A DNA stretch of 20,000 nucleotides. It comes from Atractiella rhizophila. Lineage: Eukaryota. A program made the translations under genes and the position numbers. Of the stretch, positions 10,360 to 20,000 are shown one piece after another. The notes below the pieces were generated by a model that had not been told where the DNA came from, did not search any database, and worked only from the letters and a program-made list of their open reading frames with translations. The stretch lies in NCBI GenBank assembly GCA_021432655.1, contig MU271191.1, positions 173,561 to 193,560 on the forward strand. Reading direction: 5' to 3'. Position 1 is the first letter of the stretch, and every line of letters starts with the position of its first letter.

Positions 10360-12450
10360 ATGTTATCCGTCGAACCCGACACAGACGACGAAGGAGAGAG
10401 TAGCACGGCGGCTACCTCGCTCGATACCTTGGTTCAGCAGAAACAGTATGCTCCTTTCGTGAATGGGGTGTTTGGTGGAAAGTTGAATAGTTTCATCATT
10501 TGCGATGAGTGCAAACATGTCAGTTCTTCCAGTTGTGCACGATGTGAAACTGAGGACGGGACAGATTTCGATGACTCAAGAAGACTTCTTTGGTATCTCT
10601 CTGCCCCTCAAATCCGACGAGAGCAAACTTCGAAAGGTCCGTATTCGTCTATCACCAGTCTGCTTGGCTGATATTGTTCATCGTCTACGCAGAGAGACAA
10701 GCTCCGTCGCTCTTTGCAGGGCAACTTCTTCAACTCTAAAGCGAAGATCGAAGCCGCAAAGAAAAACGAGAACATTGCCGTCGTGCGTCCAGCCGTGAAG
10801 AGGCAACAATCCATCTCTTTATCCGACGCCTCTGCTTCCCCCTCCACTTCCGAAGCCGAGTCAGATCAGTCTCCCATAGACTCCAAGCTCTCCCGTCGGC
10901 GCTCTCTCGACCCTGCTCACCTACGGAGCGGGAAGAAGCAGGAGAAAACGGGAGAGAAGACCCCTCGGGACCTTTCTCCTTCCCGCTTGGGAGGTTTGGG
11001 GAGGAGCATCTCTGTGCGCAGTAAGGGAGAGAAAGAGAGAGAGAAGCCACCGGCTGTTAAAGTAAGCAGGGAACAACAGGCATACATCAAGACCCTTTTG
11101 ACCGAGGTTCCCGCACCTTCTCCTATTGCTGGCCTCCGTTGGTCGACCCCACACGGTGCAGTAGGAGGATCGAATCCTACGGTTTTGGTTGATCCTGGAG
11201 TGCAAAAGGTGGATCAGTCGAACACAGGATTGTACGAATGTTTGAGGATGTTCACCCAGGTGGAAGACTTGGACGAGGCGAACCTATTTGCTTGCGAGAA
11301 TTGTTGGAAAATGACCCATCGGAAGAAACACAAAGATCAGAAGAAGAGGAGGGAGGCGATAGAACAGGCCGCGAAGGCAAGATCCGCAGAACCCTCTCCA
11401 GCACTATCTGTTGGCGGCTCCCTTATGAACGCTCTTAGCCGAAGTACGGAATCTCTGCCCCTCCATGCTCCTAAAAGGTCCGGGACTATCACAAGCCAAT
11501 CGAGTCATAGGAGGGCGAGTGAGAAAGAGGAAACCTCCTCGATCAAGGAACTGGTTGCAAGCGGGATGCGTATGGCTGCCGTCTCGAGCCCTTCCTTAGC
11601 CTCTTCAATTGGGAAGGAAGGTACGACGGACGAGAGCGATGCGTCTTCCCTGAATGATATCTCGGACCCTCCTCACTCCGCCAAGTCTACTACGACCTCG
11701 ATCAATGTCGAGTATGTTGATGATACAACATTGCCTCCAGTTTCCAGAACGGATACGGTTGCCTCATTTGTCAGCGATGACGAACCGAGTTTGAAAGCGG
11801 GAGATCCAGAATCCATTTCATCATCGCCCGGTAACATCAATGATCCACTTCCTTCACCTGCCCATTCAGCAACCTCGCTCGCTTCCTCCATTTCTTTTGC
11901 CACAGACACCGCTCCCCCTAGACCCCTTTCCAAGCCTAAAGGTCCGAAGTACATCCTCCGGAAAGCAAAGAAACGATACCTCATCGACCCCCACCAACTT
12001 CCACCTGTGCTGATTTTGCACTTCAAGCGGTTTTCCCAGTCCTCAAGGACTCTGTTTTCCGGGAACTTCTCCACGCTGAAGAAGAGGGACGACGAAGTGA
12101 GTTTCCCAGAAATCCTCGACCTCGCCCCATTCCTAGCGCCTTGGGGTCGACCTCCAAAGTATAAGGAGGAGTCGCGCGGTCTTCATCTCCACCTTCCTCA
12201 CCTAAGCGATTCATCCTCTTCGCTCCCAAATGTTCGAAGTAAATATCAGCTTACTGGAGTGGTCGTACATCTCGGCTCTACCCTTGGTGGAGGACACTAC
12301 GTTTCGTATAACCTCACGTCACGCGTGAAGAGCAAGAGCGGGAAACCGGAAAGGAGATGGGTTTATTGTTCGGACGAGAAGATCACACCTACGACCATCT
12401 CGGAGGTTCTGAAGGCGAAGGCCTACTTGTTATTCTATGAGAAGATATAA
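10360..12450 (+). CDS. Ubiquitin-specific protease (peptidase C19, USP16/USP45-like), 5'-truncated in this window
   Basis: Spliced via introns 10519-10564 and 10637-10692. Motifs: PFVNGVFGGKLNSFIICDECKH|ISMTQEDFFGISLP; LYECLRMFTQVEDLD...FACENC; LPPVLILHFKRF; VSFPEILDLAPF; His box YQLTGVVVHLG...GGGHYVSY; WVYCSDE; AYLLFYEKI*. No Cys box is visible. The start coordinate is only the first in-frame ATG. Confidence 0.88.
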
Positions 12451-12653
12451 ACCATGAAGCTCTTTGGATACCCTGGGGGTGAACGTTATCTTAGACTGTA
12501 GCCAAAGCACTTGCTTATGCATACATACCATTGTTGTTCCACGTAATCTGGTTGTCGTTGATACAGATACATCACTTGCACTAACTACTGAATACAACGA
12601 ATGGACATTTGCACACCACTGCTGCATCATGAAAAGCAATAACTTTCTTCGTT

Positions 12654-14648
12654 TCAAAACTTCCTCCCAATCTCCAGCTGCTCATCCGCCTCCTCTTCTT
12701 CCAAAACTTCCCTCTTCATACCTTTGAACCTCTCAAAAGGTCTAACCACACTGTCGAGGGCTGAAAATGGCGCATTGCGTACTACGACTGGCGATATAGC
12801 AGACGTCAAACCCGTGTTTGCTCGTTGAGGATCTCTATTGGTAGGATTTTGACCTTGGGGAGGAAGGGTGAAGGAGCGTAGACCCTTTGATTTGACAAAA
12901 GAGTCGGTCCTTTGGGGCTTTATGGAGTCGATGTAGTATTTGTCGCGAATAGGGAATTGGAGGAGGTTCATCTATGTTCCACAAACCATCAGCTTGAAGA
13001 AAGGTTCATGGAGAGATAGGCTGGACCTTTGGTGTGACCACGAGGCAAGTTTGACAAGGAATCTCAACCCAATCTCTTTTCTGGAAGGTTAAAGGCTCAG
13101 AGGCAATCATAACCTATTCCACTCACAATCAACAACGATGGACGGACAGAACCCTGCGGAAACATACGATTGTCTCCCTTTTATCGTCCTTCCTCATTCT
13201 AAACTCCTTCTCTTGGAACTCCTCAAACTTTGTCCCGGTAGAGAAAAACTACACAAAGGAACCCAACAAGTAATCGTTTGCTAAAGGTCATATCAAGACC
13301 GAAAAGAGCAAAGGCGTACGAGCGAAGCAGCGTCCTGTTCTTTCGAGCTGATGTACCTAGTCACCACCACGCTCTCACCATCCGTAACACAGAAGTTCAA
13401 GAGGTTGGGCTCTCGATGTCCATTCTTGACGGGGACGGATTCGCAGAGCTCGTTAATCTGCGCTATGGTCACCAGCATTTTTTCTCTGAGCAATTGATGG
13501 GGAAAGGTCGGAGAATCGAGTGGCGCCGCCTGTCGATTCCCTTTTGATCAGCATGTTGGGCAGGATGGGAAGAGGTGAAAAGTGAACCTTTTTGAGGTTT
13601 TCGAGGAAGAGAGCGAAACACCATTCGCTGTCTGTGTTGCCGTTGACGAAAGAAAAGGTTTCATCTGACAACTTGGCTTGGAGAGAACGTTTTATGGCGG
13701 GGAAGTTGGATACGCCGCCTGTAATTGGGGAGCTGATTAATAGGTATCGTTTCTCAGAGGATAGGAGGTACGCGCCATTGTGCATCCACAAAAGGGATTG
13801 GTAAGTCTAATGAGTCGTGTAAGAGAGGGAAGATGGGCTGAGACGAGAACTAAGATACCCATGGATGGCCTGCCATTTCTTTAGTTCTCTGAAAGGAGAA
13901 AGAAATGAAAACTAACAATTCTCTTCGCTAAGAACGCCACTCGTGCTTGCCCTAACGTGCGCACTTCATTCGCAGACTTCTTAGCTAATTAAGCTCCAGA
14001 ACGCCGAAGAACTGCGTACAAGACGAGGCGCGATTTGAGCTTTGAACAAAGTTGCTGCAGATTCTTATTTGCTGTGCGTCATACATACACCAGTTAGTCC
14101 TTCAACATTACAGTGCCCGAGAGTAATAAAGGACATACACCATGCTGGTGTGATGGCCTTGAATATACCTATTTGCTCATCATTTCAGTTCAAACCTCTG
14201 CAGCGGAATTGGAAGGGACAAACATGGCTTTGTGTCTCGCTCAAGCTCCAGCGACTCGCCCACAGATTCAGGATCGTACCAACCGACACCGAAACCGTCA
14301 GCATTGATGGGTGGACCCTCTAACACAACAGATTTACGTCAATTTGCGCACACCGTGAGTGGTGAAGAGGAATACGCACCGAGACGTAGGCGAGAGTCGT
14401 AAGCTTGGTTGATGATTGAACTTTCCCAACAAATTAGAATGAGCACACTTTCACCAAGATGAGGTACCATACTGGGCAGGCTTGGTGATCAGCTGAGAAT
14501 ATCATCAGTTTTTACACGGAAAATGTGAGTTGAACGAGAGGCAGACGTGAGAAAGGAGGATGGGATCTGTTCCTTTGAACACGAGAAATCTGGGTTGCAG
14601 TCCGCCTTCTTAGATGACAGGATTTTTATTTGGGACGCACCGACACAT
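12654..14648 (-). CDS. DUG3: Class II (Ntn-hydrolase) glutamine amidotransferase, Dug3-like, 15 exons
   Basis: Manual splicing gives MCRFLVFKGTDPILLSHLITKPAHSIINQAYDSRLRL...INADGFGVGWY...PCIFKAITPAWSNKNL...VFAHVRAST...ENCHPW...WMHNGG...GNTDSEWCFALFL...LLNFCVTDG..VVVTRY...IASEPLT. The Cys2 nucleophile is present and all exon phases are consistent. Confidence 0.9.
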
Positions 14649-14954
14649 CTCAATTTGTATAGATGGTTGTGACTGAGTACTGAGGAAGGAGCTATGTAGG
14701 AGTTATCGCAGCAGTGATGATGCAAGGCCGTTACAAAAGCAAGCGTCGGATATTTATCAAACTGGGCAGCTGCGGGCAAGAAGGAACAGATGACATTGAC
14801 TGTAAATATGATTCTCATATTTTGATCATTCAAATTATGAACACTCAGGTACTTGTACTCAGGGGTAACCTCACGAATTTTGTTGGAGGCTGACTTATAC
14901 TTTTGAAGTAGCTAGAGTCAAGCGATTATTGTTCAACATGATCGGCATGACCCG

Positions 14955-16112
14955 TTACATGAATTGGTCTTTGTTTTGCTTCACCCATTCTTTCCAAGTC
15001 GTTAGCTTGGTATCTTTTAGAGCTGGATTGACCTCTGATTGCTTCGTACCGAAGTCTAGGAGAATGAGCATTAGAAAAGACGCGAACAGGAACAGCTAGA
15101 AGACGCACAGCCGAATTCGTGGGAAATGCTTTGCGAATTCACTCTCGCGAACTGGTACCTGAACGTACTCAAATGGTCTTCCAGTCACTGTGAACACAAG
15201 TCACCTCCTACTGGAAAGCACCCAAGCGCATAACTCACCTTCTTCGAGATCTTTAGCGGCATCATAAAGCGTTCGCGCATCCGCAAAAACATTGACAACG
15301 GTTCCAGCTTTCTCCGGTTGTTCAATTGCAGCACGCACAAAGAGTCCAAATTCTCGAATGTCGAAGAAAGGGATGGCGGTGTCAGGATTAGTGGAGAAGG
15401 CTAATTTGCCATGTCTAGGTTGGACCATTTGGGCGAAGCTTTGTATGTAGCTATTTGTGCTATTAGCCCTTGCACCCATGAAAAAGACGAAGGTTATCAG
15501 ATGACTTACAATCCGGACTGCACGACTGCGTAAGGGATCCTAGTAGTTGCTGATTTCTCAGCCAGGAAAACTGAAACTTCTTCCTTGCCATCTGCGTGTG
15601 CAACGTGAGTGTATTTTCCATTAGAAATCTTCTTGTAGCTTGGAAGACCGGACCAAATGAAGAGCTTTAGAGTTGACAAGTTGTAAGCAATGTCAACCAC
15701 CATTTTGCCTTCTTGGGTTTCCTTCAGCGGCAATTAGGGTCCGGGAGCGGAAAGGACAGGATGACAACTCACTCTTTCAGCAGATCCGTGCTCCCAAAAA
15801 GTTTGTCATGAGCTGTTCCTCCCGTCAGTTCGAGAAGCAAGTACTAGGTTATCGACGAACAAAAACAATCTCAGCACCTTCCAGAGACTTTCGCACGGCG
15901 TCTTCGTTGCCAACAACTAAGTTAACTGCCACCATCTCGACACCTTTCCCTTTCCATTCCACGCTCGTTTGCTTTTTTGTCTCTCGTGAGAATCCGCGCA
16001 ATCTATACGGCTTGGGGCATTGGATAAGAGCGTTGGCGACAGAGGAACCTTGTCGACCTGTTATGCCTGTAATGGCAACTAGGGGAGCGGAAGGATCGGA
16101 GGATAGAACCAT
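14955..16112 (-). pseudogene. NmrA-like NAD(P)-binding atypical SDR protein, 6 exons, two apparent +1 frameshifts (pseudogene or assembly error)
   Basis: Motifs VAITGITGRQGSSVA, VFLMTNF(WEH), ETQEGKMVVD, FIWSGL, HVAHADGK, EFGLFVRAAI and (HEFGY)FG...TTWKEWV. Exon 15812-15773 is 40 nt where 39 is needed (A5 run at 15796-15800). Exon 15187-15109 is 79 nt where 78 is needed (G3 run at 15121-15123). Confidence 0.8.
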
Positions 16113-17042
16113 TGGGATGCTAAAGGTTAGTACTAAGGAGAGTGCCGTGTTCTAGAAGACTCACGTCTGAGTTGCTGTGGTTTGATGGCGTTTTATACTT
16201 GCCAGACGTTCTTCTCCTAATCTTTCCTCTCCGAGATGTTTACTAAGTGAACCCATTTTGTCAGCTCCCAGAACCGATGGCAGCCTTATCTGAATCGCAC
16301 ATTCCGTTCCAAGTCTCGCTTGCCTTCATCTGTCCCCTGGAATGCCCCGAAAGCGCTCCATACTAAAGCACTGTATCTTTCGGACGGCGTCGACAAGTTC
16401 ACTGTTGGGCATTTCACCACGAGGTAGGACGGTAGATTGCTGACTTTAAGTGGTGAATTCCCGCTACTGAATTCACAGGTTGGTACCTATCTACAGTCGA
16501 CGTGTTAGGATGGATAATGGGGGACTCTTTAACTTACCGCATCTAAGCGCAAATGTCCAACAGCACACTGCGCGATGCTGCTGTGTTTCCTGAATTTACC
16601 GTCAGGCCCCTGCATGTTGAAGGAATACAGTGGTCAAAGAGGATCGCAAACATGGGCTGCACTAAGTCACTACTGTAAGCTATGTAAAGCTTGCAAGAGC
16701 TCAGCTAAATGTAATCACGCTCGTACTTAACTCGCTTGCAGCCACGTCGAGACGACAAGGTTGGTCTGCTTCAAGTTTTCCGCATTGAAGACCTCAATCA
16801 ATTCTTCACCTGGAATGTCCTCTTGCGCCGGCTGCCAAGGATCAAGTTGGCACAAGCGTCGAACATTTAATAGGGGAGTCATCACTGCCCATCGGTTGAT
16901 TTGCTCATCATGAGGGAGAAAATGTTCGTGAAGTTCGTGACATTGCACTCAGAACCCATAAGCAACAAACAAATATATTCCAACGACATGAGAAATCCCA
17001 GCAACATAGAACCCGAACGTCTACTGTTCTATCTATTCACTT

Positions 17043-19253
17043 TTATGCAACATCCCTCCTACCAGACTCGACGCTCCCAACATCATCACCATTCTCCTTA
17101 GAATCTTCATCTCCATACTTCTCCAAGTCGTGGCTATTCAGCTCCTTGACCCTTTCGGGCGTCGGTGGATGCATAACTCCCAATTCGTCCCGTGCATCAT
17201 CACCGAAGATCTGATTGATTTCTTCGAGCGATTTTCCTTTTGTTTCAGGGTAGAAGAAGGTGAATACGAGGGCACAGAGAAAGTTGACCACTGCAAAGAT
17301 CACATAGTACTTCCACCTTTCAGAATAGGCAATGTTAGCCCTCGTTGGCATGAAAGAGCCTTCAGAGATGAAAGCAAGGTCCGCTTACCCAATGTGCTCT
17401 AGAGCGATCGGCGACACTTCAGTCAATAGGGTCGAGAAAAGGTATCCTGATGCTTGTGCTACACCATGGGCTTTCGCTCTCATTTGGACCGTGAAGACTT
17501 CTGGAGGGTACACCCAGGAGACGGGGCCCGAGAATAGGGAATGGAAGACTGAGACTGAGAAGACACCTGGGTTTCGTCCAAAGATCGGAAACATTACTAT
17601 TGAAATCAGGAGAATGACGCACAGGCAACACTGAAACGTTGGGCTACAACGTTGACGTGTCTTTACGGCGCATTGGATTAGGGATGCCGTGAGGAGTGAG
17701 AGTCAAATAAATACTCACTCGGCTGTTGGTGGGTAACTCGCTGAGCTGCAGGATCAAGCACATTAGGCTCCAGATTACTGCGAGCAATAGAGAGGATGGA
17801 CTTACAGCGCCGCGATGACGGCGAATGCCGTACAATACCCATATGAAGTGATTGCTGGTCATCATGGCCAAAGGTCACGCCAGTCTATCCGTGAATCGAG
17901 AGTGGACCTACCCAAGAGCGGGACACGCCCAACCTTTTCTACGAAAGTTAGAGCGATAAGTACGCAAATAGGCGATAGACAACCGTAGAGACCTAATTAT
18001 GCGTTTGATCGGTATCTGCACATGCCGAACGTATTTCAGTGAAAAACACACCAGTCACGAGGAGTTGGGTGTCAGCATTAAACTTCAAAGCCCTGTAGAT
18101 GAATGGCTGGTAATACTGCACGAAGCTGAGCCCAGAAATAATGGTCGCAGTCCACACGAAAGTGCCGAGGAAGAGACGGCGCAGAAGGCTTTTCGTCGTT
18201 AGGATTGTGTACCATGATGTGCCATTCTTCATGTAAATGAGATCGGCGCGAACAGAATCCCTGATGTGCGAAAATATAGCTGTCAGCATGACAAACGTTT
18301 CGACGAGCAGAGGCAGAGTTTTAGAGGGACAAAGATTGCTTACCTTATCTCGATAAACTCTGCAGTCACCGCGTCAGGATCGTCTTTGTGCCTGTACCAA
18401 CGCAGGGACATTTCTGCTTCCTCCTCTCTACCTTTGAGACATAACCATCGTGCTGCCCAGTACCCGTCAGAATTCAGCGTCTGAAGGAAATGGGAGAAAA
18501 GCGAACGCGATTCGGGAATGAACATTACCCCAGCACCAAGAATGATTGCTGGGATGGCTGTAAGAGCAAAGCAGATCCTCCATGATCCCGCATTCTCCAC
18601 GAACTTGAATCCATAACCCGTCCAAAAGGCAGTGAAGAAGCCCATGGCGACGAAGAATTGGGTAAGACCATTAGTTCGCGCTCGCTCAGCCTTCTTCGAA
18701 ATCTCGGCTGAAAAAATGGGAGAAGCTGAGGTGATGGTTCTGTTGCCCCAGGTCAATTGCCGGCTTCCCACAAATCAGGCAAAACCCCATACGCTACACA
18801 TCCGCCTTCGAATGCTCGCCCAACAAGCAGCATTCCAAGGTGTGCCGAACCGGCCATGAATCTTTGTTCCCCACAATGAGAAGGGACGGTAGAATGTTGA
18901 TCGCCTACCCAGCGCCGATGACTCCCAACACACATCCGAGGAGCACAGTCTTCCTCCTCCCCAATCGATTCCCCACCAGTCCCGAAAGCAGACCACCAAA
19001 GAAACCTCCTGCCTGATATACGGACACGACAGCTCCTGTCACCGCTGACGAGGGGTGATGGAAATACGTGACAAAGTTGGGTTGCACCAGAACGGGAGTG
19101 GTGATACCGCTGTCGAATCCATACAGGAAACCGCCTATTCCTTCTTCAACCAAAGGAAAAAGCAATATGAGGAGTTGACGTACCAATGGCCAAATAGAGA
19201 GAAATGAGAAACGGCCTCGTCAGGACAGTACGCTCCAGAAGAGAGGGAGCCAT
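17043..19253 (-). CDS. MFS sugar porter family transporter, 12 exons
   Basis: Motifs GGFLYGFDSG, NRLGRRK, LLVGRAFEG, PIFSAEIS...R, SWR, PESPRWL, EKVGR, GPVSWVYPPEVF...RAK and YPETKGKSLEEI. All GT-AG introns are in consistent phase. Confidence 0.93.
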
Positions 19254-20000
19254 CGCGTTCGCTATTAATATGAGGCGCTAAGCTCAAAGCAGCTTAGATA
19301 TCGCGATGAAGAGATTGGCTCTTTGGCGTGTTTTTGAACGCTCAAGCTGCAGGAGCAGGATAAACAGAGGACGCTGCCTATTTTATGGGGTCGCGTTGCG
19401 GCAAGATGTGTGTGGAGGAGGCACTAAGGATTAGTTTGGACAATGCTCCGATCCGTCCATAACCACGTTCAAACCCTGAACAGGTTCAATGGTTGCAAAA
19501 TCCTGCACATCCATCGTTCTTTCGTCTGCTTCTGTAACGGATCGAGAGGAATCGTGAGCCGACACGCAAAGATCGCAGCAGAGGGATGAATTGCTGATTT
19601 GGTAAGGTTTGCAAAATGACAACATAACAATAAAATGCTTATCTAACGATCGACACGGATCTCAGACTGAACTGCACGGATTTGAGATGAACAAACTTAA
19701 CTTTGCCTGTCCCCTTGCATCGGAACATCTAGACCCTCTGATGGTGCTGGAGCTGCAGAACATCAGAATAACCAGCAAAGTCATGAGCAACGGAGCAATT
19801 CCCATTCCCCACCAACGTCCGTGCCGCGATTGCAAACCAAACAACCAGGGAGCAACAGATTGATTCTGGTTTCCCCTCATCAACGACGCAACACTGGAGG
19901 AACATTTGTCCCTCTTTCCGAAAGGAAAGGAAGTGTTCTGAATATCACGGCGGCGGAGACTTCAACACAGCATCGCAGACTTCTTTCGTCACGGCAACAG

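Noticed and set aside
16727..16948. 73-aa minus-strand ORF between the MFS and NmrA-like genes
   Set aside because: Non-ATG start, no recognisable domain and no coherent flanking exons.
19431..20000. Possible + strand gene starting near the window end
   Set aside because: There is an intron-like segment (~19602-19665) and two frames open to the edge, but no consistent start or motif. Downstream sequence is needed.
1..20000. CRISPR arrays, rRNA/tRNA genes, prokaryotic operons, TET/JBP or KDZ transposase genes
   Set aside because: No regularly spaced repeats or RNA-gene signatures were seen and the genes are intron-rich. TET/JBP and KDZ genes are known neighbours of such elements, but I found no motifs for them.

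Overview
Eukaryotic fungal DNA, most likely a basidiomycete (inferred from dense ~45-70 nt spliceosomal introns and the gene families present). The left half (1 to ~10.3 kb) is transposon-rich. Its main feature is an apparently complete 6,986-bp Plavaka-type (CMC/EnSpm-like) DNA transposon at 2862-9847. It has imperfect, interrupted inverted termini (CATC...GATG), ATCAG/CTGAT subterminal repeats and a candidate 2-bp GA target duplication. It carries two divergent intron-rich genes: a ~970-aa Plavaka transposase (+) and a ~430-aa DUF6698-like partner (-). A second, orphan copy of its left end lies at 1235-1762, and decayed gene relics surround it. The right half holds host genes: a USP16/45-like deubiquitinase whose catalytic-Cys half is missing where it meets the TE region, a DUG3-like class II glutamine amidotransferase, an NmrA-like gene with two frameshifts, and an MFS sugar-porter with an atypical substrate site. 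All family calls come from manual splicing and motif recognition; no database searches were run.
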